DNA of 64,000 nucleotides from an uncultured Chloroflexia bacterium (lineage in GTDB: Bacteria; Chloroflexota; Limnocylindria; Limnocylindrales; CSP1-4): the NCBI GenBank assembly GCA_963711105.1, contig CAVQCV010000005.1:905074-969073 (forward strand). Reading direction: 5' to 3'. Of this stretch, positions 53,551 to 60,546 are shown in pieces. Position 1 is the first letter of the stretch. Each line of letters starts with the position of its first letter. The translations under genes and the position numbers were made by a program. The notes under the pieces are model-generated. The model made no database searches, had not been told where the DNA came from, and saw only the letters and a list, made by a program, of their open reading frames with translations.

Positions 53551-53844
53551 ATGCACTCCTATATGTTAGATAAGCAACTAACATCAACATTACGTTTGGC
53601 TAACTCGGAGGTTCGACCGGCGTGGTCCAACGGCCCCTCGGCGGAGAGAATGCTCATCGCCCGGACGCGGCAGTTCGAGCTCATCGCGCAGGCAAGGGCC
53701 TATCGACTCGGTCAAAGCCGCAACCAAGAACGCGGTCCGCTTGCGTTGGATAGGGTTCGCGGTTTCCGGCTCCGGCTTGGCTGGCTCATGATCGTCGTCG
53801 GCCGAGCCGTATCTGACGAGGAGCCCTGCGCCGACGCCGCCTGA
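53551..53844 (+). CDS. Candidate small Arg-rich protein upstream of the MFS gene (start uncertain)
   Basis: ...SAERMLIARTRQFELIAQARAYRLGQSRNQERGPLALDRVRGFRLRLGWLMIVVGRAVSDEEPCADAA. Possible starts are ATG 53551 (GGAGGG upstream), TTG 53596 and ATG 53650. About 47 of the last 64 codons end in G/C (hand count). Confidence 0.4.
   Translation: MHSYMLDKQLTSTLRLANSEVRPAWSNGPSAERMLIARTRQFELIAQARAYRLGQSRNQERGPLALDRVRGFRLRLGWLMIVVGRAVSDEEPCADAA
53564..53583. promoter_or_regulatory. Inverted repeat TGTTAG-N8-CTAACA (operator site 2)
   Basis: TGTTAGataagcaaCTAACA has arms identical to site 1. It lies in an AT-rich patch 37 nt after the ArsR-type stop. An extra CTAAC half-site is at 53600-53604. Confidence 0.5.
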
Positions 53845-53867
53845 GCCGGCGAACCGGAGGGGTAAAC

Positions 53868-55157
53868 GTGCCGGGAGCCCTCGTTCGATACGTCAAGAGC
53901 TTCACCGGTTTCGGCCGGAATGCCCGCCTGTTCCTGGTTACGACCATCGTCTTCGGGGCGGCGACGGGCCTGTACTGGGCCGACTTCAACCTGTACCTGG
54001 ACAAGATCGGCGTGAGCCGGGGCATGATCGGGGGGCTCATGTCCGTGAGCCAGCTCGCCGCGGTGGTGGTGTCGTTCCCCTGCGGGGCGCTCTCGAACCG
54101 CATCGGCCGGCGGGCGGTCATGGCCGGCGGCATGGGCCTGGTGGCGCTGGCCTTCCTGGCGGTTCTGCCGGGCGACCCGATCCTGCTCGTGCTGGGCGTG
54201 GCCGCCCTCGGCGCGGGCACTCAGGCCGTCTACGTGGTCCAGGTCCCCTACATCGCCGAGCAGACGCGGAGCGAGGAACGCAACGCGTACTTCGCCATCT
54301 GGGCGGCCATCGGCAACGTCACCTACCTCATCGCCACGCTGGCAGGCGGTTTCCTGGCCGAGGATCTGGCCCGCAGTCTCGGTCTGGGCGGCGGAGCGGG
54401 ACCGTACCGCCTCCTGATCGGGGCCACGGCCGCCCTGGCGGCGCTCTCGCTGGCGTCGACCTGGCTTCTCTCGAGCGACCGGCCCGGGCCGGCCGAACGA
54501 ATCGTCTCCAGTCTGGGCGGGCGGCTCGGCATCGTCGTGTCGGATAGACGGCTGTTCGCGAAGCTCCTTCTGCCAGGCTTTATCACCGCCCTCGGCGCCG
54601 GTCAGCTCATTCCGTTCCTCAACCTGTTCGTGCAGACCAAGTTCGATCTCGATCTGGCCGGGGTGAACGCCGTCCTGGCCGTCACCAGCCTCGGCACCAC
54701 GATTGCCATCCTGGCTCAGCCGGCGATCGCGAACCGGTTCGGGCGCATCGGCTCGATCGTTCTGGTCCAGGGCGTGAGCATCCCATTCCTGGTCGTCCTG
54801 GGCTTCTCGCCGATCCTGTGGAGCGTGATCATGGCCATGGCCGTCCGCAATTCGCTCATGAATGCGGGCAGCCCCATCTTCGACGCCTTCGCCATGGACC
54901 GCGTCTCCGCGGCCGAGCGGGCGACCCTGAGCGCCGGCATGACCCTGCTCTGGTCGCTCGGCTGGACGATCGCGCCCCTGTACTACGGCGCGCTCCAGAG
55001 CACGCTCGGCTTCACGGCCGGCTACACGGTCGATTTCGTGACGATCATCGTCCTCTACACGCTCTCGACCAGCCTCCTGTGGCGCTGGTTCCACGGGGCG
55101 GAGGCCGGCACGACGGCCCAGCCGGCCTCGGCGGCGGAGCCGGTCGCTCAGCCGTAG
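53868..55157 (+). CDS. MFS transporter
   Basis: GTG with GGAGGGG upstream. 12 hydrophobic segments. MFS loop motif GALSNRIGRR. Confidence 0.9.
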   Translation: MPGALVRYVKSFTGFGRNARLFLVTTIVFGAATGLYWADFNLYLDKIGVSRGMIGGLMSVSQLAAVVVSFPCGALSNRIGRRAVMAGGMGLVALAFLAVLPGDPILLVLGVAALGAGTQAVYVVQVPYIAEQTRSEERNAYFAIWAAIGNVTYLIATLAGGFLAEDLARSLGLGGGAGPYRLLIGATAALAALSLASTWLLSSDRPGPAERIVSSLGGRLGIVVSDRRLFAKLLLPGFITALGAGQLIPFLNLFVQTKFDLDLAGVNAVLAVTSLGTTIAILAQPAIANRFGRIGSIVLVQGVSIPFLVVLGFSPILWSVIMAMAVRNSLMNAGSPIFDAFAMDRVSAAERATLSAGMTLLWSLGWTIAPLYYGALQSTLGFTAGYTVDFVTIIVLYTLSTSLLWRWFHGAEAGTTAQPASAAEPVAQP

Positions 55158-55816
55158 TAGAGCGTGAGCATGTCCCAGTTCTCGGCGAGGTCGTAGATCG
55201 CGATCCCGATCAGCATCAGGCCGCCGACGAAGTTGATGGCCCGTGAATGCATGGCGAACCAGCGCGTCAGGTTGCGCTGCAATGCGCCCGACATCAGCGA
55301 GATGGCCAGGAGCGGCAGCCCGAAGCCGAGCCCGAACCAGGCGAACGCCCAGAACTGGGTCAGCGCCTCGCCCAGCGTGAACGAGTAGACGAAGATCGCC
55401 ACGACCAGCGGCCCGGAGCACGGCATCGCGATCGGGCCGTAGAGGAGACCGTAGGTGTAGGCGTTCAGGGCGGGGTGTCGCAGCAGCGGAACCTTGACCT
55501 GGGGCAGCCGGTAGAACGGATTTCGATTGAAGAGCAGCAGGATGCCGAGCACGGTGATGGCCACGATCGCCAGCGGGATGACGATGGCCAGGACCCTGCC
55601 GATCGAGACCGAAAGCAGCGCGATCAGCGCGCCCAAAGCCAGCATCGCCGTCAGCACGCCGGCCAGGACGAAGAGGCCCATCACGTAGCGGAGCCGCCCC
55701 TGGCCCACTCCGGCCGTCCCGCTCAGATAGGCCAGGAAGCCCGGGTAGAGGGGCAGGACGCAGGGGCTCGCGGTCGCAAGAAGCCCGAAAGTGAGCGACG
55801 TAAGGGCGACGTCCAT
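55148..55816 (-). CDS. ccdA: Cytochrome c biogenesis / thiol-disulfide electron transporter CcdA
   Basis: ATG 55816: MDVALTSLTFGLLATASPCVLPLYPGFLAYL...GPIAMPCSGP (two conserved Cys). Confidence 0.88.
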   Translation of the reverse strand: MDVALTSLTFGLLATASPCVLPLYPGFLAYLSGTAGVGQGRLRYVMGLFVLAGVLTAMLALGALIALLSVSIGRVLAIVIPLAIVAITVLGILLLFNRNPFYRLPQVKVPLLRHPALNAYTYGLLYGPIAMPCSGPLVVAIFVYSFTLGEALTQFWAFAWFGLGFGLPLLAISLMSGALQRNLTRWFAMHSRAINFVGGLMLIGIAIYDLAENWDMLTLYYG

Positions 55817-55820
55817 CCGG

Positions 55821-56447
55821 CTAGGCTGCCAGGTACTCCGCCAGTGTCTTGCTGATGCTCGTGGCGGACTTGATGCCGAGCGGCAGTCCCCACACGCCAC
55901 CCTGCTTGTCCACGAACAGCATCGCCTGCTCGGGCGGGTTCAGGTACGCCTCGTCGTAGTTCATCGAGAGGAAGCGGCCGATCTCGATGGGCGCGATGGC
56001 GATGCGCCAGTTGGTGTACTTGTTCTTGACCGCGAACTTCTTGAGGATCGAGGCATCCTCGTTGGGATCGACGTCCAGGCTGATCGCGACGAAGTCCTTC
56101 GGGTCGAGTTTGTTGACGACCTCCTGCACCTGGCTCATCTCGCCCTGACACGTCGGGCACCAGGTTGCCATCGTCTCGACGAGGATGACCTTGCCTTTGA
56201 AGTCGGCGACCCGGAACGTCTCGCCGCTATTCACGTCTGTCAGCGGGACGGCGAACCAGGACGGATCCGTGGGGTTGGGGTTCACGGTGCCGATGAGATC
56301 CACGTAGGGCGTGGGCGTCGGGCTGGGCGTTGCAGTCGGTGCTGCGGTCGGTTGCGGCGTCGGCGTCGCCGCGGACGCGCAAGCGGCGACGATCAGCAGG
56401 CCGGCCGCAAGGGCGGCGCTGCTTCGAAAGAGGCGTCGAGTTTCCAT
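55821..56447 (-). CDS. TlpA/ResA-like thioredoxin-fold lipoprotein (redoxin)
   Basis: Lipobox IVAACAS, PT linker, KGKVILVETMATWCPTCQGEM (CxxC). Confidence 0.85.
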   Translation of the reverse strand: METRRLFRSSAALAAGLLIVAACASAATPTPQPTAAPTATPSPTPTPYVDLIGTVNPNPTDPSWFAVPLTDVNSGETFRVADFKGKVILVETMATWCPTCQGEMSQVQEVVNKLDPKDFVAISLDVDPNEDASILKKFAVKNKYTNWRIAIAPIEIGRFLSMNYDEAYLNPPEQAMLFVDKQGGVWGLPLGIKSATSISKTLAEYLAA

Positions 56448-56546
56448 GAAGCATTATGAGACTGCGTCGCTACACATTCCTAGCCCGTTGCGGGCGTCGG
56501 CGCGACCTACGCAACAGGGTAGGTAGACACCACTCCGGCGGGGCGT

Positions 56547-57875
56547 TCAGACGGCGGGCGCCCGTGACCTCAGCTTCGCCAGTACCTCCGCGACGCGCTT
56601 GTCCGGGGCCACGCGGGCGATGTCGGCGAGGGCCGGCTCCGACAACCTCACCGGACCCAGCGCGAGGACCCTCTCGAGCGCGGCCGCCACTTTCTTGCGG
56701 TCGCCGGCGCGAGCCGCGCTGCGGGCCTCGAGAACCGCCGAGCCGGGGCCCCCGGCCTGGCCCAGCGTCGAAGCCGCGGCCATCGACTCGTCGAACCTGC
56801 CGAGCGAGTGCAGCGCGACCTGCAGCTTGAGCAGGCCCTCCGTTCGGCCAGGGCCGTCGTAGCGGCGGAATGCCCCCAACAGCTGCGAGACCCGCTTGCC
56901 CTCGACGACCCTGGTCACGATCCAGAACACCGCCAGCGGGTCATCCTCCGCCACGAGCCTCGCCGCCACGGCGCCGTCGTCGCGCCGCGCGACTATGGCC
57001 GCGACATCAGGCAGAAGCGGTGCGGGACGGCGCTCGAACTCGTCAAGGTCGAGCGGTTCGGCGTCCTGGCCGGTCGGAGGCATCGTCTCCTCGTACGCCT
57101 CGCCGAACGCTCGCTTCGAATCGGGCGCGATAACCGCTACGGGCCGGTCCTTGCGCCGCTCCTCGCGGTACGGTTCCAGCGGCGCCGGTTGGGACGGGCG
57201 CGATTCCCGGCGCACTCCCCCGCCCCGGGCCGAGGCCACCCGCCAGAGAGTCATGTAGGGGGCCGGCTCCATCAGCGCAAACAGGAATATCACGAGGGCC
57301 AGATACCAGAAACCCCACGCCACCGCACCGACCGCGATGGCGATGCTGCACAGGCCCACCATCGCCTGGCCGGGCGTACGGGCCTGCTGCCCGCCGAAGA
57401 TCAGGAACAGATCGGCCACTACGTGCCCACCGTCCAGCCCGGCGACCGGTAGCAAGTTAAGGATCGCCCAGCCCAGGCTGACGAAGACCATGTCGCCGAG
57501 GACGATCCAGAGCGGCTCTATGGATACCACCCACGGCTGCAGGACCATCGCCGCCAGGCCGAACGGAACGCCTACGAGCGGGCCGGCCAGGCTCACCAGG
57601 ATCGAACGCCTCGGCGGCAGCGTGAAACCTGAGATGGTGAGCCCGCCCATGCCCCAGAGCCTGATTTCCGGATGGATGCTGTAGCGGGCGTAGGCGAAAG
57701 CGTGACCCAGTTCGTGGATCAGGATCGCGACCGCGACCACAACGAGCCACTCGAAGATGTACGGGCCGGGCCGGACCTGCAGGCCCAGGAGCAGCGTGAT
57801 CAGGAAGAAGTCCAGCGCGATCGTGACCGGGAAGCCGAAGAGCGTGAAGCGCAATCCGGGGAGCGAGGGAAACAC
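56547..57875 (-). CDS. M50 (site-2 protease) family metalloprotease with a C-terminal helical/TPR-like domain (paralog 1)
   Basis: GTG 57875: VFPSLPGLRFTLFGFPVTIALDFF...ILIHELGHAF...NLLPVAGLDGG. The N-terminus is colinear with paralog 2. The tracked ORF extends spuriously to 58496. Confidence 0.8.
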   Translation of the reverse strand: MFPSLPGLRFTLFGFPVTIALDFFLITLLLGLQVRPGPYIFEWLVVVAVAILIHELGHAFAYARYSIHPEIRLWGMGGLTISGFTLPPRRSILVSLAGPLVGVPFGLAAMVLQPWVVSIEPLWIVLGDMVFVSLGWAILNLLPVAGLDGGHVVADLFLIFGGQQARTPGQAMVGLCSIAIAVGAVAWGFWYLALVIFLFALMEPAPYMTLWRVASARGGGVRRESRPSQPAPLEPYREERRKDRPVAVIAPDSKRAFGEAYEETMPPTGQDAEPLDLDEFERRPAPLLPDVAAIVARRDDGAVAARLVAEDDPLAVFWIVTRVVEGKRVSQLLGAFRRYDGPGRTEGLLKLQVALHSLGRFDESMAAASTLGQAGGPGSAVLEARSAARAGDRKKVAAALERVLALGPVRLSEPALADIARVAPDKRVAEVLAKLRSRAPAV

Positions 57876-58033
57876 TGAGTGGCGTCCTGACTGCGAGATC
57901 CAACCTCGCCCGGCGGCGTCCCCCCGGCGGGGCTCGGGCGTGCCAGTCAGGTTAGCGGAGCCGGCCGCCCGCCGACAGGGGCAATTCGGACATCCCTTCG
58001 CCGTCCGACCGGCCGGCGGAGGCCGGACGCGTT

Positions 58034-59896
58034 TCAGGGGTTGCTGGGCGCAGGCGTGATCATCGGGCCGGGCGACCAGTTCGGCCCCGGGACGAAGAGC
58101 GTCTGACCTGGGGTCACTTCGGCCACGTCGGGGTTCGCAGCCTGGAGAAGCTCGGTCGAGATGCCCAGCTTGTCGGCGATCGATTGCCAGGTGTCGCCCG
58201 ACTCGACCACGTAGAACTGGAACGTCGATTCCACGACGCCTGTCGGGGACGGGACGGCCGTGCCGCTGGACGCCGGGGTAGGCGTCGAGGTCGGGACGGG
58301 CGTCGTGGCGGCCGGCGTTGGGATCGCGGCGCTGCGAAGAGCCGAATCGATCGCCGCCGCCAGCTCTTCGTAGGTGGGCGCGCTGACGCCCTGGCCCATG
58401 GCCACGCCGTTGATGAGGACCGTCGGGACGCCGGTAATCGTGAAGCTGGGCTGATCCACGGTCACAGCGCTGTCGTGGGTTCCCCGACGCACGCACGGCT
58501 CGAAGGAGCCCATGTCCAGTCCGGCCGCGCGGCCGATCGCCACGAGCCGGTCCAGGGTGAACGACCCGGACGACTCGCTCGGCGACTCATTGGCCAGCAG
58601 CCAATCCTTGTAGTCCCAGAACCTGCCCTGGTCCGCGGCGCAGCGGGCCGCGTTCGCGGCATCGCGCGATTCGGTACCGCCGGCGTTCGCGTCGATCACG
58701 AGGAAGTCGTGGTACACGATCCGGAGCTTGCCACGGCGGACGTAGGCATCGATCAGCCCGGGCTCGGTGTCCTGCTCGAACGCGCGGCAGGCGGTGCATC
58801 GAAAGTCCGCCCAGACGTCCATCGTGACCGGTGCGCCCGGGTCGCCGAGGGCTCTACCCTCTTTCGCGATGCCCGCGAGAGGCGCGGCCGAAGGCATCGC
58901 GAGCGGAGCGACGGCGGACGATCCGCCCGACGTGCCGGGGTTGTCGCTCGACGCTTCGACGAAATACCCCGTAACCGGGACCGGCAGGCTGCCGAACTCC
59001 AGAGTCGTGGCCAGCTGTCGGGCCTCGTCGGCTGTGAACCCGCCGGCCACTGTGATGGCACCGTCGGTGATCGGCTCGGCGACATAGGGCACGGACAGAA
59101 CGGTGCCGTCGAGGACGAGTGCGAAGAACTCGTGCCCATGCGCCGCCGACCAGGCGGCGAATCTGGCCGCCGCCTCGGCCTTGAGGTTGAACCGGACGGC
59201 CCAGCTGCCGTTGGTCTGGTCATCGGTGCGGAAGGTGCCGGACTCGATGTCCGAGCTGCTCAGCAGTTCGGGCAGCGCCGGATCTATCGGCGACCCGTTC
59301 AGCGCGGTCTTCGTCCCTGGAACGTCGGCCGTTCCGTAGTCGGCCGGTGGCAGGGGCACCACCTCCAGCCGGCCGCTCGCCTCCAGCATATCGAGCGTCC
59401 GGGCGGCGTCGGCGGGTTCGGCTACTTCCACCGTGACCCGATCGGGCGGCACCGCGGTCACGCCCGACCAGGCTGCTCCCGCGGCCGCAAGCCGCGCCTG
59501 CATGATCTCCACCGTCTTGTCCAGATCGGCGCGACTCGGCTCGCTGCCGTCCGGCGTAACCAGGCTCATGGAGATGGTCGTGACTGGGCCGATGGGGCTG
59601 GCCGAACTGCCCGAGGCCGGGCCGACAGGTTGCCCTTGACGGTTCCCCGGCAAGAGCAGCCCGGCCGCCACAGCGACCACGGCGACAACCGCCAGGCCGC
59701 CCAATCCCAACGCGCCGATGGCCCGGACGCGGACATTGGCCCCGCGAGTGTGCTCGATCATCGCTCGATCCCCTCTCACTTGCCGCCACGCCGGCGGCTG
59801 CGGCACCAGCGGTTCGGAGGCCGCCATATGGCGCCGGATGCCACGCAGGACTTCTTCGTCCTGCGCCCCCAACGGATCCATCCCCTGTTCGTTCAT
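58034..59896 (-). CDS. Anti-sigma-factor-like membrane protein: cytoplasmic N-terminus, TM, SecD-P1-like domain, DsbA-like thioredoxin domain (CTAC), PT linker, LysM
   Basis: The ATG overlaps the sigma gene stop (ATGA). TM at aa 58-82. aa ~105-310 resemble the SecD periplasmic P1 domain (...FFALVLDGTVLSVPYVAEPITDGAITVAGGFTADEARQLATTLEFGSLPVPV). aa ~345-520 are DsbA-like, with CTAC at nt 58787-58798. aa 561-603 are LysM (YVVESGDTWQSIADKLGISTELLQAANP...PGQTLFVP). Confidence 0.8.
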   Translation of the reverse strand: MNEQGMDPLGAQDEEVLRGIRRHMAASEPLVPQPPAWRQVRGDRAMIEHTRGANVRVRAIGALGLGGLAVVAVVAVAAGLLLPGNRQGQPVGPASGSSASPIGPVTTISMSLVTPDGSEPSRADLDKTVEIMQARLAAAGAAWSGVTAVPPDRVTVEVAEPADAARTLDMLEASGRLEVVPLPPADYGTADVPGTKTALNGSPIDPALPELLSSSDIESGTFRTDDQTNGSWAVRFNLKAEAAARFAAWSAAHGHEFFALVLDGTVLSVPYVAEPITDGAITVAGGFTADEARQLATTLEFGSLPVPVTGYFVEASSDNPGTSGGSSAVAPLAMPSAAPLAGIAKEGRALGDPGAPVTMDVWADFRCTACRAFEQDTEPGLIDAYVRRGKLRIVYHDFLVIDANAGGTESRDAANAARCAADQGRFWDYKDWLLANESPSESSGSFTLDRLVAIGRAAGLDMGSFEPCVRRGTHDSAVTVDQPSFTITGVPTVLINGVAMGQGVSAPTYEELAAAIDSALRSAAIPTPAATTPVPTSTPTPASSGTAVPSPTGVVESTFQFYVVESGDTWQSIADKLGISTELLQAANPDVAEVTPGQTLFVPGPNWSPGPMITPAPSNP

Positions 59897-60468
59897 CGCC
59901 AGATCTCCGGATTCCGGCGCAGCGTCTCGCAGGCGCGCGCCACCAACGACCGAACGCCCGAGGCCGACAGGCCCAGGACTTCGCCGATCAATTCGTCGTC
60001 CAGGTCGCGCTGGTAGCGCAGGATCAGGACCTCGCGCTGGCGCGGCGGTAGTTCACGGGCGAACCGATCGAACCAGAGCCAGAACTCGGTTCGACCGGCG
60101 TCCGATTCGGCGGCGGGCTCGCTGGCAGGATGAAGGCCGCCGAGCGGCAGCCAGGCCAGGAGGCGGCGCCGTCTGACCCTGTCTATCACCAGCCGGCGGG
60201 CGATCAGCAGCAGCCACGGCAGGGCCTGCCCTTTCGGGCCGCGGTTCTGCCGCCAGGCGGCATAGGCCCGCTGGAAGGTCTCCGACGCGACGTCCTCGGC
60301 ATCCGATTCGGAGCGGAGCATCAACAGGGCGTAGCGGAATACGTCGCGGTAGCGCCGCCGGTACAGCTCCTCGAACAATTCCCCCACCACCTCATCGCGC
60401 GGACGGACATCCTCCACGGTCCCGAGCACGCCGTCTCTCCCGTGCTCCACGCCCACGATTGCCACCAT
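59893..60468 (-). CDS. ECF-type RNA polymerase sigma-70 family factor
   Basis: Region 2: FEELYRRRYRDVFRYALLMLRSESDAEDVASETFQRAY. Region 4: LPPRQREVLILRYQRDLDDELIGEVLGLSASGVRSLVARA. Confidence 0.88.
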   Translation of the reverse strand: MVAIVGVEHGRDGVLGTVEDVRPRDEVVGELFEELYRRRYRDVFRYALLMLRSESDAEDVASETFQRAYAAWRQNRGPKGQALPWLLLIARRLVIDRVRRRRLLAWLPLGGLHPASEPAAESDAGRTEFWLWFDRFARELPPRQREVLILRYQRDLDDELIGEVLGLSASGVRSLVARACETLRRNPEIWR

Positions 60469-60546
60469 GTTCAGATTGACGAACCAGACCCAAATTCCGT
60501 CCCGCGCCGGCCTGGACCCCCGGCAAACCCGATACCCGCCGCCTCC

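Noticed and set aside
56453-56458. CATAAT (minus strand) 5 nt upstream of the TlpA-like ATG, as a leaderless promoter.
   Set aside because: The spacing would place the TSS inside or past the start codon, and there is no supporting -35. The evidence is too weak to list as a feature.
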